DNA from: Bdellovibrionia bacterium
GTDB taxonomy: Bacteria > Bdellovibrionota > UBA1018
Length of the DNA stretch: 17,370 bases
Assembly: GCA_049424145.1 (NCBI GenBank)
Contig: JBMSSC010000051.1
Coordinates: 1 to 17,370, forward strand
Direction of reading: 5' to 3'
Program-made: the position numbers and the translations under genes
Notes under the pieces: generated by a model
What the model was told of the DNA's origin: nothing
Seen by the model: only the letters and a program-made list of their open reading frames with translations
The model's database searches: none
Part shown: positions 1 through 8,474 of the stretch, piece after piece
Layout: each line of letters begins with the position of its first letter
Position numbering within the stretch: position 1 is the first letter of the stretch

Positions 1-112
1 TTACTTTTTTTTCTCCTAGAATTGCTCCTCCAAGTGTTCCATATGCCTTACTAAATGTTATTATTCTTGCAAATAATGAAGGGTTTGTACTAAATTTATA
101 AGATAATCCCTT
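1..112 (-). other. Internal fragment of an 8-amino-7-oxononanoate synthase (BioF)-like class II PLP-dependent enzyme, joined in frame to the ettA 5' end; runs off the window edge
   Basis: Manual translation of the minus strand gives (IGVLGQNG)KGLSYKFSTNPSLFARIITFSKAYGTLGGAILGEKKV. This matches the AONS/BioF segment GVxGxxGxG...FARxxTF[SG]KAxGxxGxxxxG carrying the PLP Schiff-base lysine (AAG at 49-47). Hand count: about 30% GC over 1-110, and only 3 of 37 codons end in G/C. Confidence 0.75.
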
Positions 113-241
113 TCCATTTTGTCCAAGAACACCGATCTTTGCTCCATAGTAGAAGGAAAGGTAGATGTCTCTTAAGACTTGTTTATTGGGGGGATAGATT
201 TTACCAACGCCTTGCATTGAAAATGCGAATTTTTGTGCCAT
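113..241 (-). CDS. ettA: N-terminal 43 codons of energy-dependent translational throttle protein EttA (ABC-F ATPase); homology is lost inside Walker A
   Basis: ATG at 241-239 gives MAQKFAFSMQGVGKIYPPNKQVLRDIYLSFYYGAKIGVLGQNG, closely resembling the EttA/YjjK N-terminus (MAQFVYTMHRVGKVVPPKRHILKNISLSFFPGAKIGVLGLNG). Absent from the ORF track, apparently because the frame has no stop inside the window. Confidence 0.88.
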
Positions 242-440
242 GAGAGACCCTGTATATCTGGTTTCGCCTTTTGAAACAACCAAGGCTCGGTGCTTTTTCG
301 ATTTAAAATTTGACCCCCAAGAGGGATCATCCTAGAGTGGATCAAGGGTGGTTTGAATGACGACGGCTGTTTCTGTCCCATTCATCGCTTTCCTTTCAAA
401 AACTAGCCCCCAATTGACCTCAATGAATTACGATTCTGCT

Positions 441-480
441 TTGACAAATGCTCAAAGCGGCTCAAATTATAATTATTTGA
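441..480 (+). promoter_or_regulatory. Putative promoter/operator region of the tolC-RND operon
   Basis: TTGACA (441-446) and TATAAT (468-473) with an atypical 21-nt spacer. The inverted repeat TCAAAT-N7-ATTTGA (462-480) brackets the -10. GCTCAAA is repeated at 450 and 460. Confidence 0.45.
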
Positions 481-559
481 ATTAAATTGAACCGACCGGA
501 TTTGTGGGATTTTAAAACCAGATCACCCGATCTGCACGAGCAGGAGAGAGGAATATTCA

Positions 560-2140
560 GTGAACTCAAAGTCGAAACCCGTAACCCCGATCACTCAGAA
601 CCAGAATCGGCGCTTCTTATTTCCCCGCAAAGAAGGCCTACCCGGACCTACCCCTCAGGGTGGATCCTGGGAAAAACTAGGACTCAAGCTCTGCCTGTTA
701 GGCCTGCCCCTGGGCTGGGGAGCCACAGGATGGGCCAATGCCACATTGAACCTGGAGGGATTTTTAGAACAGGTCAAAACAGGCAACCAAGGATTTCAGT
801 CGTCTTTAGAGAGCAAAAAAGCGGCTGAGCTTCGATCGGAGGAAGGAAAGATCCTCTTTGCCCCATCGTTTTACGCCAACGCTCAAATCACGCAAGACAG
901 TAAGCTGCCTCCTTCCTTATTTGTGATTTACGACTCGCAATTGATCCAAAGCTACAGTGTGGGGATTTCTCAACAAACCTCCTTCGGATTAGGAGCCAAA
1001 CTCCACTACGATTTGCTTCAGATGGACTACATCAATCCCACGTTTCAGTTGGGAGGCGGAGGGGGTGGAGGTGGCCAGACCCAGCTGTTTGCCTTCAACT
1101 ATGGCTTAGCCACTCCGGTTCTGGAGTTAAGCCAGAGCCTTTGGGCCAATGGATTTGGACGCACCACAAAAGCTTTAGAGCAACAGACGGAAGCCGGGGC
1201 GCTGGCGTCCAAGTACAAAGCCAGTTTTGAGACCAAGCTCACTTTGACGGAAGCGGAGCGAGCCTACTGGCGCCTCGCAAGTGCCCGTGAAGTGGTGAAG
1301 GTTCAAAAGGAAGCTTTAGATCGCACTAAGAGAATTTACGTTTGGAACGAAGAGAAAGCTCAGCTTCAGCTCAGGGACAAAGCTGACGTGCTTCAAGCTC
1401 AAGCCCTTATGAAAAGCCGGGAGCTCGAACTGCTCAACGCTGAGAACGAGGAACGAGCCGCAGCCCGAGCCTTAAACTCGCTCCGGGGTTTGCAAGCTGA
1501 TGAAGTCACCGAATCGCTCGAATGGATCGGCTCGGAGGCCCTCATGGCACTCACCCCCCCCAAGCGAGCTCAACTCAAGGATGACGTCCGCGCCGCTCAC
1601 GAAGCGTTCCGCGCGGCTCAAGCGGGAGCCGATCTGGCCAGTGAAAAGAATCGCCCCAGCTTAGACCTCTTTGCCTCAGTGAGCCTCAACGGTCAGGACT
1701 TAAGATCGGTGCCCAGCTCGATTTCTGAATCGATCGGAAAATCCTTTGCGTTCACTCGCCCCTCGGAGACCATTGGCCTTAAGTTCTCCATTCCGCTGAC
1801 GGAAGCGCGCTCGAAAGCTTTAGAGGGCTGGCAACTGGAGAAGGTGGCGGCTGAGAAGAATTATGACAAAAAACTCTTTGATCAGGAGAGAAGCTGGAGG
1901 GATTTAAACGAAAGCTTTGCTGATCAGAAAAAACAGTGGGAGCTCGCCTGCTCACTTGAGGAGCTTCAAAAAACCCGCCTCGAGACCGAAAAAGCTCGCT
2001 TTAAAAGTGGACGAAGCACCACGTACCAAGTCCTTTTATCGGAGCAAGACTACGTACTGACTGAACTGGCTCAGATCCGTTTACAAACTGCAATTCTGAG
2101 CACTCTGGCTCAAATGAAACTCTTTGGAGAATCCCTATGA
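560..2140 (+). CDS. TolC-family outer membrane efflux protein
   Basis: 526 aa, GTG start with GAGG 8 nt upstream. Signal-like segment ending WANA, alternating beta-strand and long helical repeats, and OEP-like motifs (LELSQSLW, RPSLDLFAS, EKARFKSGRSTTYQVL). The stop overlaps the RND start (ATGA). Confidence 0.9.
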   Translation: MNSKSKPVTPITQNQNRRFLFPRKEGLPGPTPQGGSWEKLGLKLCLLGLPLGWGATGWANATLNLEGFLEQVKTGNQGFQSSLESKKAAELRSEEGKILFAPSFYANAQITQDSKLPPSLFVIYDSQLIQSYSVGISQQTSFGLGAKLHYDLLQMDYINPTFQLGGGGGGGGQTQLFAFNYGLATPVLELSQSLWANGFGRTTKALEQQTEAGALASKYKASFETKLTLTEAERAYWRLASAREVVKVQKEALDRTKRIYVWNEEKAQLQLRDKADVLQAQALMKSRELELLNAENEERAAARALNSLRGLQADEVTESLEWIGSEALMALTPPKRAQLKDDVRAAHEAFRAAQAGADLASEKNRPSLDLFASVSLNGQDLRSVPSSISESIGKSFAFTRPSETIGLKFSIPLTEARSKALEGWQLEKVAAEKNYDKKLFDQERSWRDLNESFADQKKQWELACSLEELQKTRLETEKARFKSGRSTTYQVLLSEQDYVLTELAQIRLQTAILSTLAQMKLFGESL

Positions 2141-5100
2141 CGCTTGCCGATCTTTCCATTAAAAGACCGACGTTTATTACCTGTGTGATCATCCTCATGC
2201 TGGCCGTGGGGATTTTAGCGATGAAACGCCTCGGCGTGGAGCTCTTCCCCGACGTGACGTTTCCGGTGGTGACGGTGACGACCCCCTACCCGGGAGCTGG
2301 ACCCGCTGAAATTGAGACCCTCGTTTCAAAACCCTTGGAGGATGAAATCGGAACTCTCTCGGGCGTCAAGCGCTTGACGTCCATTAATTCCGAGGGCTTT
2401 AGCCAAGTCATTGCTGAGTTCAGTCTGGAAACGGATGTGAAGTACGCCGAGCAGCAAATACGAGATCGCGTCAGCGCGAGTAAAAGAAAGTTACCACCTG
2501 AGATCAAAGAGCCCGTGATTCGGCGCATTGACCCTGCCGATCAGGCGATCATGATCCTAGCTCTCAATGCGGACCTCAGTGAGAGCAAGATCTTTGATAC
2601 GGCTGATGATTTCATTCGACCCAAGCTTGAGCAGATCAACCAAGTGGGTACGGTTAACATCATCGGAGGACGAAAACGAGAAATCCACGTAGCTTTGGAC
2701 CGAAAAAAGCTCAAAGCTCGTGAGCTCTCCGTCACCTCGATCTTCAATCGCCTCTCCGCCTCGGGCGAGAACGTTCCCAGCGGAAAGGTGGATCAGGGCT
2801 CCCAAGGCACCGTGTTTCGGACCATGGGTGAGTTTAAGTCTCTCAAAGACATTGGAAAAACGATCGTCAACTTCTTTGGCAGTGACGTTCCCACCACCGT
2901 AGCTGAAGTGGGCGAGGTCGTCGATACGGTTCAAGACGAAACAACCCGTGGTTACCTCAACGGAAAAAAAGCCGTGTTCATCCATATCTTCAAGCAAAGT
3001 GGGGCCAACACGATTGCGGTGGCTGACGCTTTGAAAAAACGAGTGCAACTGCTCAATGAAGAACTGAAACGGCAAGAAGGAAGCCCTGAGCTGACGGTGG
3101 TTCGTGATGGCAGTGTTTGGATTCGCGCGAACGTTGATGACGTGAAGGAGTCGATCCTCATTGGGATTGCTTTAGCCGTCATCGTGGTTTTCTTATTTTT
3201 AGGCAGTGGTCGATCGACGATCATCACGGGACTGGCGCTGCCAAACTCCTTAATTGGAGCTTTCATTCTGATGGCGGCTGCAGGCTTTACGATCAACATC
3301 ATGACCCTGCTTGCACTCAGTCTCTCGGTGGGTCTGTTGATCGATGACGCGATCGTTGTTCGTGAGAACATCTTTCGCCACATTGAAATGGGAGAAACTC
3401 CACTCGTTGCAGCCAAAAAAGGAACCCTGGAAGTGACCTTGGCCGTCATTGCAACGACGTTTACCGTCATTGCGGTGTTTGGACCCGTGGGCTTTTTAAA
3501 GGGGGTTACAGGACAGTTTTTCAAACAATTCGGTCTGACCATCTGCTTTGCGATGGCCATCAGTTTGTTTGATGCTCTGACGATTGCCCCGATGCTTTCG
3601 GCCTACTTTGCGGGCAAGCCTCATTCGGAGAAAACCAAAGCCCATCCGCTGTGGGATTGGACGCTTGGGGGGCTTTTAAAGCGCTTTGATCGGATGCAGA
3701 ACAAGCTCGAGTCAAGCTACGTGGACTTCATTCGCTTCACCACCAAGCGCCCGCTGTTGATTCTTGGGGCAAGCTTTTTGGTGCTCATCGCGAGCTGTTC
3801 GGTGCTGCCGTTCGTGCCCAAGACGTTCCTGCCGACTCAGGACGCGGGAGAATTCTCAGTCTCCTTGGATCTTCCGCCAGGAACGAACTTGGATAAAATG
3901 AACGAAGTTGCCTCCGTTGTGGATGAAGCCATCCGAAAAAACCCAGAAGTCTTGATTACGGCTCTGTCGGTGGGAGGGCAAAACGGAAAAACCGAAGTGG
4001 CTGATTTTTACGTGAAGCTGGTTCCTGCCAAGAGTCGAAAGTTAAATACGGGGCAGTTTAAGGAAAAACTCCGAGAACAGCTCAAAACCTTTGCTCAAGC
4101 CAATCCTCAAGTCAAAGATTATGACGCAGTGGGAGCAGGCCAAAGGCCATTTAACTTAAACATCATTAGCCAGAACCAAAAGGAACTGGAAGAGGTGTCG
4201 GCTCAGGTGTTGGCTTACTTAAAGAAACACCCTGGACTAAAAGACGTGGACTACAATTTCCGTCCCGGGAAACCTGAGATTCAGTTTGTGCTCAAACCCG
4301 AACAGTCCAAGGCCCTGGGGATCTCTTCAAAGACCCTGGGTTTTGAGCTGCGAGGCCAAATCGAGGGACTGGTTCCGGCTAAGTACCGAGAGATGGGGCG
4401 CGAATATGATATTCGCGTAAGACTGGAAGACGAACAGAGGGACTTAAAGAAAGGCTTCTTGGAGACCTATGTTCCGAATATCAACTTCAATCTCGTCCGA
4501 CTCTCGGATGTGGCTCAAATCTTTGAAACCACCGGCCCTGCCACGATCAATAGGCAGGATCGCGGTCGATTGATTCAGATCTCAGCAGACATTGCCCCAG
4601 GAGGAGGCATGGGGAACGTCATTCAGGACGTCAACGAACTCTTTAAAACTCAAGTGAAGCTCCCGATGGGCATGCGCTATGCGTTCGTGGGACAAGCCGA
4701 AAGCTTTCAAGAGTTAGGAGAAAGCGTGGCGATTGCAATGGGACTGGGGGTTTTGTTCATCTTCTTGGTCCTAGCCAGCCTCTATGAATCGTTCATCACT
4801 CCGGTGACGATCATGGTGGCGCTGCCTCTGGCCATCTGTGGATCATTTGTGGCCCTCTGGATGACGCATGAGTCACTCAACATTTTCTCCATGATTGGGA
4901 TTATCATGCTCTTAGGGGTGGCAACGAAGAACTCGATTCTTCTGGTGGATTACACGCAGCAACTCATTGAGCAGGGAATGGATCGCGCGTCAGCCCTGGT
5001 TGAAGCAGGAAAAACCCGGTTACGACCGATCCTAATGACCACGATGGCCTTAATTGCAGGAACGCTGCCAGTGGCAATGGGACTCAATGAGGCCTCTCGT

Positions 5101-5337
5101 CAACGAACCAGCATGGGGGTAGCGATCATTGGGGGGTTAATTAGCTCCACGTTACTCACGTTGATTGTGGTGCCTGCGATCTTCTCCTACATTGATCGCT
5201 ACAAGACTTGGGTGAGAAGAAAACTCAGCCGATTCACCTCGTCCGAGCTCAATGAGGCGCCTGAAGACACTGCACTCAAAAGCAAGGCTTCAAAAGACGG
5301 AAAGAAGTCCGAACCCGTCATGATGCCTTTGAATTAG
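2137..5337 (+). CDS. RND efflux transporter permease, AcrB/AcrD/AcrF (HAE1) family
   Basis: 1066 aa. N-terminus SIKRP...LGVELFPDVTFPVVTVTTPYPGAGPAEIE. Proton-relay motifs present: LLIDDAIVVRENI (TM4), GVATKNSILL (TM10), RLRPILMTT (TM11). Confidence 0.97.
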   Translation: MTLADLSIKRPTFITCVIILMLAVGILAMKRLGVELFPDVTFPVVTVTTPYPGAGPAEIETLVSKPLEDEIGTLSGVKRLTSINSEGFSQVIAEFSLETDVKYAEQQIRDRVSASKRKLPPEIKEPVIRRIDPADQAIMILALNADLSESKIFDTADDFIRPKLEQINQVGTVNIIGGRKREIHVALDRKKLKARELSVTSIFNRLSASGENVPSGKVDQGSQGTVFRTMGEFKSLKDIGKTIVNFFGSDVPTTVAEVGEVVDTVQDETTRGYLNGKKAVFIHIFKQSGANTIAVADALKKRVQLLNEELKRQEGSPELTVVRDGSVWIRANVDDVKESILIGIALAVIVVFLFLGSGRSTIITGLALPNSLIGAFILMAAAGFTINIMTLLALSLSVGLLIDDAIVVRENIFRHIEMGETPLVAAKKGTLEVTLAVIATTFTVIAVFGPVGFLKGVTGQFFKQFGLTICFAMAISLFDALTIAPMLSAYFAGKPHSEKTKAHPLWDWTLGGLLKRFDRMQNKLESSYVDFIRFTTKRPLLILGASFLVLIASCSVLPFVPKTFLPTQDAGEFSVSLDLPPGTNLDKMNEVASVVDEAIRKNPEVLITALSVGGQNGKTEVADFYVKLVPAKSRKLNTGQFKEKLREQLKTFAQANPQVKDYDAVGAGQRPFNLNIISQNQKELEEVSAQVLAYLKKHPGLKDVDYNFRPGKPEIQFVLKPEQSKALGISSKTLGFELRGQIEGLVPAKYREMGREYDIRVRLEDEQRDLKKGFLETYVPNINFNLVRLSDVAQIFETTGPATINRQDRGRLIQISADIAPGGGMGNVIQDVNELFKTQVKLPMGMRYAFVGQAESFQELGESVAIAMGLGVLFIFLVLASLYESFITPVTIMVALPLAICGSFVALWMTHESLNIFSMIGIIMLLGVATKNSILLVDYTQQLIEQGMDRASALVEAGKTRLRPILMTTMALIAGTLPVAMGLNEASRQRTSMGVAIIGGLISSTLLTLIVVPAIFSYIDRYKTWVRRKLSRFTSSELNEAPEDTALKSKASKDGKKSEPVMMPLN

Positions 5338-5389
5338 CCATTCAAAAGGGTCATTCATTCGTCAATCTGAAGTTCAGATAGTGAACAAG

Positions 5390-5442
5390 AAGGCGACCTA
5401 CGAGTTTTTAAACTCTCCTCGTAGGTCGCCTTTGCTTTTTTT
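5390..5442 (+). terminator. Intrinsic terminator of the tolC-RND operon
   Basis: Perfect 15-bp stem AAGGCGACCTACGAG (5390-5404) / CTCGTAGGTCGCCTT (5418-5432) followed by TGCTTTTTTT, about 50 nt after the RND stop. Confidence 0.85.
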
Positions 5443-5777
5443 CCATAGTCATCCTCAACCGACTCAATCCAAGAAAAAAACATGGACCAGGCTTGAAAAA
5501 GCCACGAGGATCCGAACGAAGGAGTTAAGTGGAGAGTTTTTTGACCTAACTGAGATGACGTCTGAAGAGGATCGGATGATTCGAGCGATGGGTCCACCCG
5601 AGCAATCTTCCTGCTCTTTTTTTCTTTCTCATGAAAAAAAAACGAGTGAAAGGCAAGGTGACGGAGCTTTAGAAAAAACTCAGGAGGCCCGTAAGCGAGC
5701 CCCCAGGTCAACTCAGACTTTCTTACCGCTCCAGTTTTAAACGAGCACGAATCCAGGCTTCATCTGAAGATTGAGCC

Positions 5778-6350
5778 TTAGATGGCCACCACTTCTTGAA
5801 CTTCAGGGATCGCCTCTTTCAGACGGGTTTCAATGCCCATTTTCAGGGTTGCAGTCGAACTGGGGCACCCACTGCAGGAGCCTTGGAGGTAAAGGTAAAC
5901 CACTCCGTTTTCAAACTTTTCAAAGGTGATGTCTCCTCCATCCATGGCCACAGCGGGGCGGATTTGTTGATCAAGGATCTCACGAATCTGGTTTTCAATG
6001 GCCGAGTTGCCGCCCTTGTGTTCTTGACGATCCAAGCCTGCTGTCACAACGGGCTCATTTTGCGAAAGATGCTGTTGAATGGTTTCAGAGGTTTTCTTAT
6101 GAACTAAATCCCAGTCCCCGTCATCCGATTTTGTCACCGTGATGAAGTCGCGACCGATCATGACGCCACAGATACCCGGGATCTCAAAAAGCTTAAGGGC
6201 CAGGGGGGAGGCTTCCTGGGCATCGGCTTTTTTGGGGAAGTTCAAAGCGCCGCGATCTAAAAGTTGACGATTGACGGAATACTTTAGGGTATTGGGATTC
6301 GGGGTGAACTCGAGGGAAACATAAACTTCTTGAGAAGTGCTTTGGGACAT
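5778..6350 (-). CDS. NifU-family (Nfu-type) Fe-S cluster scaffold/carrier: Nfu_N domain + NifU C-terminal domain
   Basis: EFTPNPNTLKY and SPLALKLFEIPGI...FITVTK (Nfu_N); IRPAVAMDGGDI and LQGSCSGCPSSTATLKMGIE (CxxC). AAGGAG 10 nt upstream of the ATG. Confidence 0.95.
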   Translation of the reverse strand: MSQSTSQEVYVSLEFTPNPNTLKYSVNRQLLDRGALNFPKKADAQEASPLALKLFEIPGICGVMIGRDFITVTKSDDGDWDLVHKKTSETIQQHLSQNEPVVTAGLDRQEHKGGNSAIENQIREILDQQIRPAVAMDGGDITFEKFENGVVYLYLQGSCSGCPSSTATLKMGIETRLKEAIPEVQEVVAI

Positions 6351-6558
6351 GATCGGGGTACTCCTTCGTAAAATCGTGACTTCAATTTAGAATCGCTCAC
6401 ACGGGTTTGAACGGATTTACACTAATCGGCGATTCATGATTTTTTTAGTCTTTTTTCTTTTTCTCTGACTTTTTTGATATAGCAAATTTTTTCCCTTTCT
6501 AACAGGGGGGAAATTTTACTAGAATGAAGCTCTGACCAGCCGCGGGGGAAAACGCACC

Positions 6559-7335
6559 ATGAAACTCATCCATCAACGAAACCAATGGACACAACAAAAG
6601 AAAGAAAACCTTCACTCGACCTCCCCGACTCTCAGGTGGCTTGCTGGGGTGAGAACCGTGGTTTTGGGCAGCCTTTTTAACCTCCCCAGCGCCCTGGCAA
6701 AGGAGGTCCCGGTTCAATCCTCACTGACCTTTCATGCTGCTCAGGAAGTGGGAAGAATCGAAGCCGATGGGACTCTGGTTTTTTCGCCCCCCGAGAAGGA
6801 ATCCTCGTTCGAGTCGCTGAAGACTGGGATTTTTGAAGGCAAGGTCTTAGGCTCTTTGAAAGGCTCCTCTGAAGTCCCTCCTTATTTTCTAATTGAGGGC
6901 AAAGCCTGTGATTCCTGTGACGAGGAGAGGCAAATCTTTGCTATCCGATCCACCGGTGGAAAACCCGAAGCGTTCGTCTATCCTGGAAAAATTATTGACC
7001 CAAAGACTCGCTCCCTTGTGTTTCACTCGCGAGCATTTTTTGGAAAATGCCTTCCCCACAAAGGAGAGGTCTACGTGGTGTTTCAAGAGGAGAAAGTGGA
7101 CCGCCGATCCTCTCTTCAATCCAGCGTGTTGATTGCTGAGCCGAGCAAAGGTTACTTAGCCACCCAGCTCATCGAGCAGCGCCTCCCCCGCTTAAAAACC
7201 GTCCTCCAATCCGTGAAACAAAAAACTTGCCAAGAAATCGCCGGAAGAAACCGAATGATGGTGGCCAAGCTGCTAAACCTAGCCCCCGCTCTGGACAACG
7301 ATAACGACGACGACTCGACTGAGACCCCAAACTAA
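6559..7335 (+). CDS. Hypothetical, probably exported protein with a CxxC motif
   Basis: 258-aa ORF with GGGGGA upstream, a signal-like stretch ending SALA, a globular-looking body with ACDSC and two more Cys, and an acidic tail. No family recognised. Confidence 0.75.
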   Translation: MKLIHQRNQWTQQKKENLHSTSPTLRWLAGVRTVVLGSLFNLPSALAKEVPVQSSLTFHAAQEVGRIEADGTLVFSPPEKESSFESLKTGIFEGKVLGSLKGSSEVPPYFLIEGKACDSCDEERQIFAIRSTGGKPEAFVYPGKIIDPKTRSLVFHSRAFFGKCLPHKGEVYVVFQEEKVDRRSSLQSSVLIAEPSKGYLATQLIEQRLPRLKTVLQSVKQKTCQEIAGRNRMMVAKLLNLAPALDNDNDDDSTETPN

Positions 7336-7496
7336 GCCGATTGCTGAGCCTAGGCGAATGAGGATGGACTCCCTCAGGCCGGCTCTTCGTGACGATGAGC
7401 ATATTGTTAAACGCTCTGCGCTCCCAGTAAAGTGGGCAAGCAAGATGAACCCCAAATTCACCTCGCTCTGCTGACTTGATCCAGGAGACTGCCATC

Positions 7497-8030
7497 ATGC
7501 CACTGCGTCCCTATGAACAACCCCCCCAAGGTCTCAAACGAAGTTTGTTTCGCTTATCCACCGACGCCATCGATGATCATGGGTTCTTTGATCCGAGGTA
7601 CACCTGTGATTTGGATAATTCCTCACCTGAACTCAGATGGGAGCATGCCCCTGAACACACAGCAGGCTATGCGCTTTTGATCGAGGATCAGCGCGACCCG
7701 AAAGCCATCGTAAGTCACTGGATCGTCTATAACATCCCGCCTTCGATCCACCACCTCCCAGCAGGAATCCCCCCTCAGGAGTCCCTACCCAATGGGATCT
7801 TCCAAGGGGTCAATAGCTTCGGAAAGCTGGGATACTCAGGTCCGTGTCCACCTGCCGGCGGAGGGCCCTGCCGGTATGTGATTCGACTGTTGGCTTTAGC
7901 CCAACCGCTCCCCCTAATCCCCCCTCGGTGTAAGCGAGAGTTTTTAGTGGAAAGGCTCCGCTCGGGGATCCTAGCTGAGACCGAGATCACGGGGACCTAC
8001 CAGCGGGCTTCGGCCCAAAAAACGGGCTAG
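7497..8030 (+). CDS. YbhB/YbcL family Raf kinase inhibitor-like (PEBP) protein
   Basis: Motifs YTCD...SPELRW, HWIVYNIP, QGVNSFGKLGYSGPCPP. Start moved to ATG 7497 because AGGAG lies 9 nt upstream. Confidence 0.92.
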   Translation: MPLRPYEQPPQGLKRSLFRLSTDAIDDHGFFDPRYTCDLDNSSPELRWEHAPEHTAGYALLIEDQRDPKAIVSHWIVYNIPPSIHHLPAGIPPQESLPNGIFQGVNSFGKLGYSGPCPPAGGGPCRYVIRLLALAQPLPLIPPRCKREFLVERLRSGILAETEITGTYQRASAQKTG

Positions 8031-8060
8031 TCTTCGTTTTAAGGGCGGATTTCCGTCTCC

Positions 8061-8077
8061 TTGGTACTTCTTTTGCA
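8061..8077 (+). promoter_or_regulatory. Putative sigma-54 (-24/-12) promoter
   Basis: TTGGTACTTCTTTTGCA versus consensus YTGGCACGNNNNTTGCW. GG (8063-64) and GC (8075-76) are separated by exactly 10 nt; about 50 nt upstream of ATG 8129. Confidence 0.6.
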
Positions 8078-8128
8078 TCAGGCGACCTCCATCTTGAAAC
8101 CTCACCTCAGTTCAAAGGAGCATTCGTT

Positions 8129-8470
8129 ATGTCGTCTCACACTTCTCTGACCTTCATGAAGAAACTGACCCTGGTGACCTCTACGCTTTTACTCTCAGGA
8201 CTCACATTGGCTTTAGCCACGCACGAAGACCCCACCCTGGACTCTCATCCTCAGCGAGCAGAAACCCTGGAGGCAACTCAAGAGGAGCCGCCCCGTGCCT
8301 CTTCTCACACCTGCTTAAGCGAGAAAGGGCTGAGCGCCTCCAACGACGACCCAGCTGATTCCCACTGCTTGGATCAAAACTCAGATCCAGAGCCCAAGAA
8401 TGGAACAACAGAGCCCTCGATGCTCTCCTCATCCCTCAGTCAACACCGAGCCCATTCTTCCTCCGAATAA
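8129..8470 (+). CDS. Small secreted low-complexity hypothetical protein
   Basis: AAGGAG at 8115-8120. Signal peptide MKKLTLVTSTLLLSGLTLALA (an alternative start at the second Met is possible). Ser/Glu/Asp/Pro-rich mature region with two Cys; hairpin directly after the stop. Confidence 0.65.
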   Translation: MSSHTSLTFMKKLTLVTSTLLLSGLTLALATHEDPTLDSHPQRAETLEATQEEPPRASSHTCLSEKGLSASNDDPADSHCLDQNSDPEPKNGTTEPSMLSSSLSQHRAHSSSE

Positions 8471-8474
8471 AAAA

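Noticed and set aside
172..381. 69-aa minus-strand ORF from the track
   Set aside because: It overlaps the real ettA start in another frame and has no recognisable features.
487..828. 113-aa plus-strand ORF
   Set aside because: Alternative frame over the tolC 5' end, with no motif or RBS support.
2001..3560. Several antisense and alternative-frame ORFs (up to 202 aa) inside the tolC/RND genes
   Set aside because: Typical shadow ORFs of a long conserved membrane-protein gene.
5355..5740. Overlapping 118-aa (-) and 119-aa (+) ORFs between the RND gene and nfu
   Set aside because: Both run through the 15-bp terminator and homopolymer tracts, lack clear SDs and have non-protein-like composition; treated as intergenic.
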